Shown here: positions 8,454-19,526 of the stretch, piece after piece
Layout of the letters: every line of letters starts with the position of its first letter
Position numbering within the stretch: the first letter of the stretch is position 1
Notes under the pieces: generated by a model
What the model was told of the DNA's origin: nothing
Database searches by the model: none
The model's input: the letters and a program-made list of their open reading frames with translations, nothing else
Origin: an uncultured delta proteobacterium
GTDB taxonomy: Bacteria > Myxococcota > Myxococcia > Myxococcales > Myxococcaceae
Length of the DNA: 64,000 nucleotides
Direction of reading: 5' to 3'
Assembly: GCA_963713045.1 (NCBI GenBank)
Contig: CAVQKE010000006.1
Span: 128,001-192,000, forward strand
Position numbers and translations under genes: made by a program

Positions 8454-9560
8454 ATGGAATTTCGCATCGCCGCCGATGAGCTCAAGCGCGCTCTGTACCG
8501 GGCGCAGGGCATCGTCGAGCGCAAGACGACGATGCCCATTCTCTCCAACGTCCTGGTCACCGCCACCAAAACCGCTGTCCAAGTCACAGCCTTTGACTTG
8601 GACGTGGGGGTGGTGAGCGAACACTTCGCCGAAGTCACCAAGCAGGGAAGCATCACCGTTGCTGCCCGCACCCTCTTCGACATTGTCCAGAATGTCCCGG
8701 AGCAGCAAATCACCATCCGCAAGCTTCCCAACCACTATGCGGAGATTTTGAGTGGCACCGCGCACTTCAAAATCGTCGGCATGTCGCCCGACGAATACCC
8801 AAAGCTTCCCCGCGAGGACGACGCGCCGTCGGTCACGGTGAGTGGAGAAGTTCTTCTCGAGATGATTCGAAAGACGTCCTTCGCCATTTCCAGCGATGAG
8901 ACGCGCTACATCCTCAACGGCGTCTTCTTTGAACCGCATTCGACAGACAAGGTGCGGATGGTGGCCACCGATGGGCACCGCCTGGCTTTGGTCGAACGCA
9001 CCCTTCCCGGTGACTTCAAACTCAAAGGCGGGGTCATCATCCCGCGCAAGGGTTTGCTGGAACTCAAGCGCCTGCTGGAAGAAGCACCCGACGCGGAGTG
9101 CCAGTTGGGCTTCGCGATGAATTCGGCCCTCTTCGCCAAAAAGGGCCTGACCATGGTGATGCGCCTCATCGACGGGCAATTTCCAGAGTATCAGCGGGTC
9201 ATCCCCAAGGAAGGCTCGCGCATTGTCCAGTTGAACCGGGTGCGCTTTCTGGAGGCTCTCCGGCGCACCGCACTCCTCAGCGTCGACAAGTCAAACGCCG
9301 TCAAGCTGAGCCTCACCGAAAATCTCCTCCGGTTGACCTCGCAGAATCCCGACCTGGGCGAGGCCAAGGACGACCTCGACGTGGTCTTCACCGGCCCGGA
9401 AATCAGCATTGGCTTCAACGCGCGCTACCTGTCGGACGTTCTCTCCGCATTGGACGAGGATGAGGTGGTCCTCGAGTTGGGCGATGAGCACAGCCCGGGT
9501 GTGGTGCACGCGCCGGGTGACCGCAGCTACACCGCCGTCGTCATGCCGATGCGCGTCTAA
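8454..9560 (+). CDS. dnaN: DNA polymerase III beta clamp
   Basis: TMPILSNVL, DETRYILNG, VATDGHRL, RLIDGQFPEY, VVMPMR. Confidence 0.97.
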   Translation: MEFRIAADELKRALYRAQGIVERKTTMPILSNVLVTATKTAVQVTAFDLDVGVVSEHFAEVTKQGSITVAARTLFDIVQNVPEQQITIRKLPNHYAEILSGTAHFKIVGMSPDEYPKLPREDDAPSVTVSGEVLLEMIRKTSFAISSDETRYILNGVFFEPHSTDKVRMVATDGHRLALVERTLPGDFKLKGGVIIPRKGLLELKRLLEEAPDAECQLGFAMNSALFAKKGLTMVMRLIDGQFPEYQRVIPKEGSRIVQLNRVRFLEALRRTALLSVDKSNAVKLSLTENLLRLTSQNPDLGEAKDDLDVVFTGPEISIGFNARYLSDVLSALDEDEVVLELGDEHSPGVVHAPGDRSYTAVVMPMRV

Positions 9561-9574
9561 AGCACCGGCAGAGG

Positions 9575-10696
9575 GTGCTTCTTCAACGCCTCCAGCTTCG
9601 GGACTTTCGCAACCTCGCGGCGATGGAATTGTTCCCCTCGCCGCACACCACGGTGCTGGTGGGGCGCAACGGGCAGGGCAAAACCAACCTCCTGGACGCC
9701 ATTTACTTCCTCTGCACCCTGAAGCCTTTGCGCGCAGCACGGCTGGTGGAGCTGGTTCGCTTCGAAAGGCCATCGGCGCGCGTGGCCGGACAATTCGCAC
9801 TGGCCGGCGCCACCCGAGAAATCGCAGTCGACATCCAAGATGGCCTCCGCCAGGCGTCGGTCGACGGAAAGCACGTGCGGGCGCTGGAGGAGTATTTCGG
9901 CGGCGTCTCAGTGGTGGCCTTCACCCCGGATGATTTGGCGGTGGTGAAGGGGGCACCCCAGGAGCGCCGGACATTTCTGGACCGGGCGGTCTTCAACCGC
10001 TTCCCGGCCTTCCTGCGCGCGTCCCGCACCTACGTGCGGGCGCTGCGCAATCGCAATCGCCTCCTCAAGGACGGCGCGGGGCCGGATTACCTCTTGGCCT
10101 TCGACGAGACGTTGGCCGAAGCGGGGGCGCGCATCCTCGCCTTCCGGCGCGACCTGTTGAAAGAACTTGCTCCGCGGGCCGAAGCGGCGGTGGCCTCCAT
10201 TGGCCAGCTCGCGGGGGCGCGCTTCCGTTACCTCCCGGTGCATTTGGAGTTGGACGTGGCCACGGCTGATGTTCAGGCGCTGGGGGCCGAACTGCTTGAC
10301 GCCCTTCACGCGCGGCTTGGCCGAGACCGTGAGCGGGGTTTTACGTCCGTGGGCCCCCATGCCGATGACCTCGACATTTGGCTCGACGGCCATTCGGCGC
10401 GGTCCTTCGCTTCGCAGGGGCAGGCCCGGGCGATGGTGCTTTCGTGGAAAATCGCCGAGATTGAGAACCTCCGGTTCGCCCTGGGCCGCTCGCCGCTGCT
10501 GCTCCTCGACGACGTCTCCAGTGAGCTTGACCCGGAGCGAAACACCTACCTGATGCGCTATTTGGCTGGCTCGGGGGCGCAGGTGCTGCTCACCACCACC
10601 GAGCCGGGCCTGGTCCGGGATGCAGCCGGTGCCGACACCCAGTGGCTCGCCGTGGAAGCCGGCGCGGTTTTCCCAGCCTCCGCTCCAATCGACTAA
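9575..10696 (+). CDS. recF: DNA replication/repair protein RecF
   Basis: FRN, GRNGQGKTN, GPHADDL, SQGQ, LLLDDVSSELD. Confidence 0.96.
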   Translation: MLLQRLQLRDFRNLAAMELFPSPHTTVLVGRNGQGKTNLLDAIYFLCTLKPLRAARLVELVRFERPSARVAGQFALAGATREIAVDIQDGLRQASVDGKHVRALEEYFGGVSVVAFTPDDLAVVKGAPQERRTFLDRAVFNRFPAFLRASRTYVRALRNRNRLLKDGAGPDYLLAFDETLAEAGARILAFRRDLLKELAPRAEAAVASIGQLAGARFRYLPVHLELDVATADVQALGAELLDALHARLGRDRERGFTSVGPHADDLDIWLDGHSARSFASQGQARAMVLSWKIAEIENLRFALGRSPLLLLDDVSSELDPERNTYLMRYLAGSGAQVLLTTTEPGLVRDAAGADTQWLAVEAGAVFPASAPID

Positions 10697-10712
10697 ACTG
10701 GAGGGGCCCACG

Positions 10713-11168
10713 GTGAGCGTCCGCTTCTTCGCCTTTCGTCCTCGCGGGCTGCGCCGGGCGCTCCTGGCCGCGGCCGTGCTGTCGGTGGTGCTGTCCGCCT
10801 GGGCGCTGGCCTCTGGCCTACGGGGGACAGAACCCCTGGGGACGGTGCGGGCGGTGCTGTTGGGCGCGCTGGCCGTGGGCTTTGCGGTCGGCTGGGTTCT
10901 CCTCCGTCCGCGCCCCGACTTTGGCATCCGCATGGACACCGCCGGCATTGACGTCTTTCGGCCCTGGGGTGCCCCTCCGCTGCACATTCCCTGGACACAG
11001 CTGGGCGCGACGCGCACCGAGCGGCGACTGTGGACGCGCCTCGTCCTGGAAGTTCGCCCGGCGGGAAAGCTCCTCATCGCCCGGCCTCTGGTGGGCTCGC
11101 CGGAGGCCTTTGCCGACCTGGTGCGGGCCCTGGAAGAGGCTTCGCCGAGGCCTCCCGGCGACGCGTGA
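10713..11168 (+). CDS. Hypothetical membrane protein (two TM helices plus a small soluble domain)
   Basis: GGAGG RBS, GTG start, two hydrophobic stretches; between recF and gyrB. Confidence 0.65.
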   Translation: MSVRFFAFRPRGLRRALLAAAVLSVVLSAWALASGLRGTEPLGTVRAVLLGALAVGFAVGWVLLRPRPDFGIRMDTAGIDVFRPWGAPPLHIPWTQLGATRTERRLWTRLVLEVRPAGKLLIARPLVGSPEAFADLVRALEEASPRPPGDA

Positions 11169-11257
11169 ATTCCTCCCCTGCGAGGGCGAATTTCGTGTGT
11201 CATTTCGCTAGCTTGGGACGGGCAGACCGCCTTGTGACACACGGGGTCGCGTGTTAG

Positions 11258-13720
<2,463 letters not shown>

Positions 13721-13830
13721 GGCGTGGGTCGTCAGGGCCGAAGCCCCAGGCAACGAATTCGGTCGTTTGCCGGCGGCCGGGAAGCCCATATGCTGAAAGG
13801 CGCGACGGGGGAGCGGGACCCTCGCTGTAC

Positions 13831-13904
13831 TGGGGCGTCGTCTAACGGCAGGACGTCAGACTTTGGATCTGACTATCAAGGTTCGAATCCTTGCGCCCCA
13901 GCCA
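13831..13904 (+). tRNA. tRNA-Gln (UUG)
   Basis: Cloverleaf with anticodon arm TCAGA-CTTTGGA-TCTGA, T loop GGTTCGAATCC, encoded CCA. Confidence 0.96.
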
Positions 13905-13934
13905 GTCCGCTCCCGAAAGGACGCGTCCTGACGG

Positions 13935-14456
13935 ATGTCCCGGGTGATGCAACTGGCCGCCATTGGTTCCGCGCCGCCGGCTCTGCTGCGGGAATTGGAA
14001 GGCCCACTCACCCTCCAACTGGGGGTCACGCCCCTCTACACGCGGGTGTCGCTGGCGGCGCCGAACTACGCCTTCAACAAAGACCGAAACCAATACCACT
14101 CCAATGCCATCATGCGGCGGCTGGTGCCCCTGCTGGAGCCGGGACAAACCATCCTCGGGCTGGTCGACGTCGACCTCTTTGTTCCCGACAGCGGATTCGT
14201 CTTCGGAGAGGCAGACCGCGAGTCGCTGGCGGCGGTGCTGTCCATCGCCCGGCTGCGTCAAGGCGCGGACGAGACCCTGTTACGCCGCCGCGTCCAGGTG
14301 GAGGGCCTGCACCAGGCCGGGCACCTGGTGGGCCTCTCCTACTGCGAGGATGCCCGCTGCGCGATGTTTCTCGCCACCACGCTTCCCGACGTGGACCGCA
14401 AACAGACCGCGCTCTGTCACATCTGCCGCAATGAATTGGTGAAGCTGAACCGCTGA
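13935..14456 (+). CDS. Archaemetzincin-like protein, predicted non-proteolytic
   Basis: RNQY, DVDLF, FVFGEA; HQAGHLVGLSYC in place of HExxHxxGxxHC; CEDARCAM and CHIC structural zinc Cys. Confidence 0.8.
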   Translation: MSRVMQLAAIGSAPPALLRELEGPLTLQLGVTPLYTRVSLAAPNYAFNKDRNQYHSNAIMRRLVPLLEPGQTILGLVDVDLFVPDSGFVFGEADRESLAAVLSIARLRQGADETLLRRRVQVEGLHQAGHLVGLSYCEDARCAMFLATTLPDVDRKQTALCHICRNELVKLNR

Positions 14457-14541
14457 GGCCAGTCCGCCGCGGGCAGTTTCTCGACGGGAGGGCTGCCCTC
14501 AGGTTTGCTCCATCCCCCCGGAGGTTGAAAGCCACCCCCTT

Positions 14542-15387
14542 GTGAGTGCCCCGCCCGAAGCCCTGGCCCGCGTGCCGTTGTTCTCCACGCTCGACGCGGA
14601 GGAGCGCGCCGTGCTGGCCCGACAGGCCGAAGCCCGCCGCTGGCCACCCGAGACGAGAATTTTCAGTCGGGGAGACCCAGGCGACTGCTTCTACGTCGTC
14701 ACCCAAGGCAAGGTGGAAATCTCGGTGGAAGCCACCACCGGCGAGCGACGGGTGCTGGGGACGGCCAGCGCGGGGGAATTCTTTGGCGAGCTGTCCTTGC
14801 TCGACGGGGGCCCCCGGAGCGCCGATGCAACGGCGCTGGAAGCGACGCAGGCGCTGGAGATTGACCGAAGCGACCTGGCCGAACTCTTCCGCCTGCACCC
14901 AAGCGCGGCGCTGGACGTGCTCAGCGTCACCGGCCGGCGCCTTCGGGAAACCAACCGAGCGCTGCTGTCGAGTGTCGGCACCAGCCCCAACGAAGAAGTG
15001 GAGGAGCGCTCCACCGCCGTCCAGCGCTCGGCCGATGCGTTGGCCGCTTTCAGCGGCTCCATCCCCTTCCTCGTCCTACACGCCGCCGGCTTCGTGGTGT
15101 GGATTGGATGGAATCTCGGCGCCATTCCCTGGCTGCGCCCATTTGACCCATTTCCCTTTGGACTCCTCACCCTGGTGACGTCGCTGGAAGCCATTTTTCT
15201 CAGCTGCTTTGTCCTCATCAGCCAGGAGCGCCAGGCGGCCAAGGACCGAATCCGCAGCGACGTCGAATATGCGGCCAACATCAAAGCCGGACTGGAAGTG
15301 ACGCAGCTGCACACCAAACTCGACCGCCTCTATGAAGGGGCGATGGCCAAGCTGTCGGCCTTGGAGCACGGCCGGCTGGCGCCCTAG
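14542..15387 (+). CDS. Cyclic-nucleotide-binding domain plus DUF1003 membrane protein
   Basis: FFGELSLLDGGPRSA (cNMP pocket); FDPFPFGLLTLVTSLEAIFLS (DUF1003). Confidence 0.88.
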   Translation: MSAPPEALARVPLFSTLDAEERAVLARQAEARRWPPETRIFSRGDPGDCFYVVTQGKVEISVEATTGERRVLGTASAGEFFGELSLLDGGPRSADATALEATQALEIDRSDLAELFRLHPSAALDVLSVTGRRLRETNRALLSSVGTSPNEEVEERSTAVQRSADALAAFSGSIPFLVLHAAGFVVWIGWNLGAIPWLRPFDPFPFGLLTLVTSLEAIFLSCFVLISQERQAAKDRIRSDVEYAANIKAGLEVTQLHTKLDRLYEGAMAKLSALEHGRLAP

Positions 15388-15423
15388 CTGAGGCATCCGG
15401 CCTCCGTCCAAGCGTCCCCGGCC

Positions 15424-17535
15424 TCAGCTGGGTGGGCGGGCCTCCATGGCCTCGGCGACCAGCTCGGCCACGTCTCGGACTTTCAACTCGTCCCGGCCGG
15501 TGTCATTGGCCGCGTCGCGCAGCATGGTGGCGCAGAAGGGACAGGCCACTGCCAGGGTGCCCTTGGCCGGCCCGGTGTAGTTCCCCACAGCCCCGGGTTT
15601 GTGGATGTCACTGGCCGAGGGGACCGGCAACGACGGCTGTGCGGCGTGGGCCAGCGTCAGGGCGACCTCGTTCATCCGGTTGTGGTTGATGCGCGTCCCC
15701 AGCCGCTCCTCCATCCACATCCGGCCCCCGCCGGCACCGCAGCAGAAGGACTGACGGCGGCTGCGCTGCATTTCCACCACCCGAAGCCCGGGGATGGCAC
15801 CCAACGCTTCGCGAGGCGCGTCGTACACCCCGTTGTGCCGGCCGAGGTAGCACGGGTCGTGGTAGGTGAGCGTCTCGTCCATCACCCGGGACAGCTTGAT
15901 GCGCTTCTCTCGCAGCAGCTCGGCAATCAGCTGCGTGTGGTTGAGGACGCGGTAGTTGCCCCCGAAGCTGGGGTATTCATTCTTCAGGGTGTTGAAGCAG
16001 TGCGGGCACTGGGTGATGACGGCTTTGACGCCAGCTGCGTTCCAGGTCTCGACATTTCCCTTGGCCAGCGTCTGGTACAGGTACTCATTGCCCAGTCGCC
16101 GGGCGCTGTCCCCATTGCACACTTCCGCTTTCCCCAGGGTGGCAAAGGACACGCCGGCCTCGCGGAGAATTTTCACCACCGCCCGGGACACCTTCTTCTG
16201 CCGGTCGTCATAGCTGCCCGCACAGCCGACGTAGAAGAGGTATTCGTAGCTGCCCCCATCTCCCCAGGCCGGCAGCTTCAAATCCTCCGCCCAGGCGTCC
16301 CGGCTCTCCTGGGCCACACCCCAGGGGTTGCCCTGGCGCTCCATGCCCTCGAAGACGCGCTGGATTTCGGGAGGGAAGTCCGCCTCCACCTGGACTCGGT
16401 AGCGGCGCATGTCGATGAGGCGGGGGATGTTTTCGATGAAGACCGGGCAGGCCGTCTCGCACCAGCCACAGGAGGTGCAGGCCCAGACTGTCTCCGGCTG
16501 CAGAATGCCTCCCACCAGCGGCGGCCAGTCCGGCTGCGGGCCCCCGCCCGCCCGGCCGGCGTCGACCAGTTCCTCTTGGTGGTCCCAGGCCCAATGCTTG
16601 AGGGTTTGGTTGACGCCCTTGTGGGTGAGCGGCTTGCCGGTAACGTAGGTTGGGCAATGCGTCTGGCACCGGCCGCATTCGGTACAGGAGTCGAGGTCCA
16701 GTCCCTGCTTCCAGGACAAGTCGCGGAACGTCCGTGGTCCAAACTCCTCCGCCTCCAGGTTGGGCGTCGACAGCTGCCCGCTGGGGGTGAGGCGCTGCAA
16801 ATACACGTTGGGTAGCCCGGTGATGACGTGGAAGTGCTTGCCCAGCGGGAGGAAATTCAAGAAGGCCAGGATGATGCAGAGGTGAGTCCAAAACATGAGC
16901 CCGCCGAGGGCCCGCACCGCGCCGTGGGGAAGCGAGGCGAGTCCCGCCGCCACCAGCGAGGTGATGGGCTCCTCCGGCCGGAAGGCCTGGCCGGCCAACA
17001 CCATCCGCGAGGCCCCAAACAGGTATTCACTCACCATCAGCCCGGCGATGAAGCCGAGGATGAGGAGGGCCTCCCAGGAGGGCGTCAGCCGGTCCGGCTT
17101 CACCACCAAGCGAAGCCAAAGGAAGTAGCTGACCCCGATGAGCGCCAGCAGCGCCACCAGGTCCTTGCAGAAGAGGTAGCTCAGGTACACCGCCTCCAGG
17201 GCGTGGTGCTGCCCCCAGAAAGGGTCTGAAGGGACGGTGAGCACCTCCAGCGCCGTCTCGGAGAAGCCCATCGTGAAAAGCATCAGTGTGCGCAGCAGCA
17301 GCACCACGAAGGCGGCAAAAATGAAGACGTGCATGACGCCCGGGGTGCGCTCCTCCGGGTCCACCATGCGCCGCTGCCCGAAGCCGAAGCGCAAAAGCGC
17401 CCGGGTACGGCGTCCCGGCTGGTCGAGGCGGTGGGCAGGCTTCATCCCCACCAGCACCGCCATGCGGCCGTAGAGGGTGTAGACGAAGAGGGCCAGGCCG
17501 ACGAAGACCAGCAGCAGCGAGACGACGACGCTCAT
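15424..17535 (-). CDS. Membrane Fe-S oxidoreductase (FadF/HdrD-like, CCG domains)
   Basis: TM N-terminus, CTECGRCQTHCP and CTSCGWCETACP, YHDPCYLGRHN, CCGAGGG. Confidence 0.9.
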   Translation of the reverse strand: MSVVVSLLLVFVGLALFVYTLYGRMAVLVGMKPAHRLDQPGRRTRALLRFGFGQRRMVDPEERTPGVMHVFIFAAFVVLLLRTLMLFTMGFSETALEVLTVPSDPFWGQHHALEAVYLSYLFCKDLVALLALIGVSYFLWLRLVVKPDRLTPSWEALLILGFIAGLMVSEYLFGASRMVLAGQAFRPEEPITSLVAAGLASLPHGAVRALGGLMFWTHLCIILAFLNFLPLGKHFHVITGLPNVYLQRLTPSGQLSTPNLEAEEFGPRTFRDLSWKQGLDLDSCTECGRCQTHCPTYVTGKPLTHKGVNQTLKHWAWDHQEELVDAGRAGGGPQPDWPPLVGGILQPETVWACTSCGWCETACPVFIENIPRLIDMRRYRVQVEADFPPEIQRVFEGMERQGNPWGVAQESRDAWAEDLKLPAWGDGGSYEYLFYVGCAGSYDDRQKKVSRAVVKILREAGVSFATLGKAEVCNGDSARRLGNEYLYQTLAKGNVETWNAAGVKAVITQCPHCFNTLKNEYPSFGGNYRVLNHTQLIAELLREKRIKLSRVMDETLTYHDPCYLGRHNGVYDAPREALGAIPGLRVVEMQRSRRQSFCCGAGGGRMWMEERLGTRINHNRMNEVALTLAHAAQPSLPVPSASDIHKPGAVGNYTGPAKGTLAVACPFCATMLRDAANDTGRDELKVRDVAELVAEAMEARPPS

Positions 17536-17600
17536 GAGGGGTGCCAGGTTAGTGGCGCGGACTCTCCGTGGACAACGTCGAAGGCGAGGGCCAGGGTGTG

Positions 17601-18347
17601 TCAACCGATGTCGCTGGGAAGCAGCAGGACTGGCTTGAAGCCGGCGGCGTCGGCGGAGGCGAGGACGTAACGGACGCCGCCGTGGACGCCGACGAAGCCG
17701 GCCGAAATGCCCGGCCCGTGCAGGTGCCCGTAGACGCAGACGGCAGGGGCAAACTCCTCGATGAGGGGAGAAAAGGCGGTGGGCACTCCGCCCGCGTACA
17801 GCGGGGGGAAGTGGGTCGCCACCACCTTCAGCAGTTGGGGCTCGCGTCGAAGCAGCCGCCGGGCCTCCTCCAGCGAACGCTGCAGCCGGGTCGCCTCGCG
17901 CAGCACGTAGTCGGTCGACGGGGCCTCATCCCCCATGTCGCCACCAGGCAGCGGCGGGGCCTCGGCCGTCGTCCACAGGCGTGAGCCCGCCAGCAGGTAG
18001 GGGGGGACAGCCAGCGCCGAGCCGTTGTGGAGAAAGCCGATGATGGTGGGGGTGGGCGCCAGCAACTCGCCCAGCTTCTTGGCCGAGTCGCCCCACCAGT
18101 AGTCGTGGTTTCCTTTGAGGAGGACCTTGCGGCCCGGCCGCCTCTCAATCCACCGAAGGTCCTCCACCGCCTCGTGCGCTTTGGTGGCCCAAGAGATGTC
18201 CCCCACCACCAGCACCACGTCCTCGGGCCGCACCGCCGCGTCCCAGGCTGCGGCCAGCGGTGCCGGGTGTCCCGTCCACCCAAAGCGCTCCATGTCCTTG
18301 TTTCGACTGGAGGGCAGATGCAGGTCGCCAATGGCGAAAAGTCGCAT
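17601..18347 (-). CDS. Calcineurin-like metallophosphoesterase
   Basis: GDLH, GDISW, KGNHDYWW, HFPP, YGHLH. Confidence 0.9.
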   Translation of the reverse strand: MRLFAIGDLHLPSSRNKDMERFGWTGHPAPLAAAWDAAVRPEDVVLVVGDISWATKAHEAVEDLRWIERRPGRKVLLKGNHDYWWGDSAKKLGELLAPTPTIIGFLHNGSALAVPPYLLAGSRLWTTAEAPPLPGGDMGDEAPSTDYVLREATRLQRSLEEARRLLRREPQLLKVVATHFPPLYAGGVPTAFSPLIEEFAPAVCVYGHLHGPGISAGFVGVHGGVRYVLASADAAGFKPVLLLPSDIG

Positions 18348-18418
18348 GGACGGCGGAGGACTGTAGCCCAAGGCCGCTCACCAGCCCGGGGTGCCGGCCG
18401 ACAACCACGCGCGCGCCG

Positions 18419-19432
18419 TTACAGGACGCGCCGTCGCCCGGCGCCTTCGCTTTGGGCCCGTGCCACGGCCAGGGCGTGCTCGACGATGGCCCCGGCGATG
18501 TCCACCCCGGTGGCGCGTTCCAGCCCTTCAAAGCCGGGCGAGGAGTTGACTTCCAGCACCTTGGGGCCTTCCCGTGTTTCCAGTAGGTCCACCCCGGCCA
18601 CCTCGAGGCCCACCAGGCGCGCTGCCGTCACTGCCGCCTCCAGGTAGCCGGCGGACAGCTTGGCAGCCCGCCCGCGTCCTCCGCGGTGCAGGTTGCTGCG
18701 GAATTCCCCCCGCTTGGCCCGGCGGCGCATGGCCGCGACCACCTGTCCCCCCACCACCAGCGCGCGGACGTCGCGGCCCCGCGATTCGGCGATGAATTCT
18801 TGAAGGACGATGTCCTCCCCCAAGTCCGAAAACGTCGCGAGGATGCCTTCCAGCTCTTCCAAGGTGGAGGCCAGCATGACGCCCACGCCTTGGGTGCCGC
18901 GGACCAGCTTGACGATGGCTGGAAGCCCACCGACGTCTTTCAGCAAGCGGGGAACGTTGCTTCGGTCCCGGGCCATGACGGTGCGGGGGATGTCCAGCCC
19001 GAAGCGCGCCAGCAGCTGCAAGCACCGCAGCTTGTCGCGGCTGCGGGCGATGGGGGCCGCGTTGTTGAGGACGGCAACGCCCATCATGTCGAACTGGCTG
19101 ACCACCGCCAGGCCGTAGCTGGTGATGGAAGCGCCGATGCGCGGAATGACGACGTGCACATTGCGCAACGCAACACCCCGGTACGTCATTCGAGGCTCGC
19201 CGCGGGAGAGAATGAGGCTGCAGCGCAGCGTGTCCAGCACCAGGGGCCGGTGCCGGCGCGCCTTGACGGCCTCCACCAGGCGCCGGGTGGAGTACAGCGA
19301 GCGCTTTCGGCTGAGGATGGCGATGACTTTGCCATCCAACGGGACGGCAGGGGCGTGCCGCAGCGTCACCGCCGGCCGCGCCTTCTTGCTTTGCTTCGAT
19401 GGAGGCACGGGGGCCAGCGCGCTTCCCCCCAC
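18419..19432 (-). CDS. rimK: RimK-family ATP-grasp glutamate ligase (start uncertain)
   Basis: LYSTRRL, VIPRIGASIT, SRDKLR, GTQGVGV, FRSNLHRGG, EVNSSPG. Confidence 0.88.
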   Translation of the reverse strand: MGGSALAPVPPSKQSKKARPAVTLRHAPAVPLDGKVIAILSRKRSLYSTRRLVEAVKARRHRPLVLDTLRCSLILSRGEPRMTYRGVALRNVHVVIPRIGASITSYGLAVVSQFDMMGVAVLNNAAPIARSRDKLRCLQLLARFGLDIPRTVMARDRSNVPRLLKDVGGLPAIVKLVRGTQGVGVMLASTLEELEGILATFSDLGEDIVLQEFIAESRGRDVRALVVGGQVVAAMRRRAKRGEFRSNLHRGGRGRAAKLSAGYLEAAVTAARLVGLEVAGVDLLETREGPKVLEVNSSPGFEGLERATGVDIAGAIVEHALAVARAQSEGAGRRRVL

Positions 19433-19526
19433 AAGGGAAGCCCGGGGCCGCGGAAAATAGCACGGCCACCGCCTTCATTGCCCCTGCTGGCCGCAGCGTG
19501 CTAGCCGCGTACCGGGCCAACCCGCC

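Noticed and set aside
13831..14456. tRNA-Gln as an island integration site
   Set aside because: No integrase, no duplicated tRNA 3' end noticed, no compositional shift.
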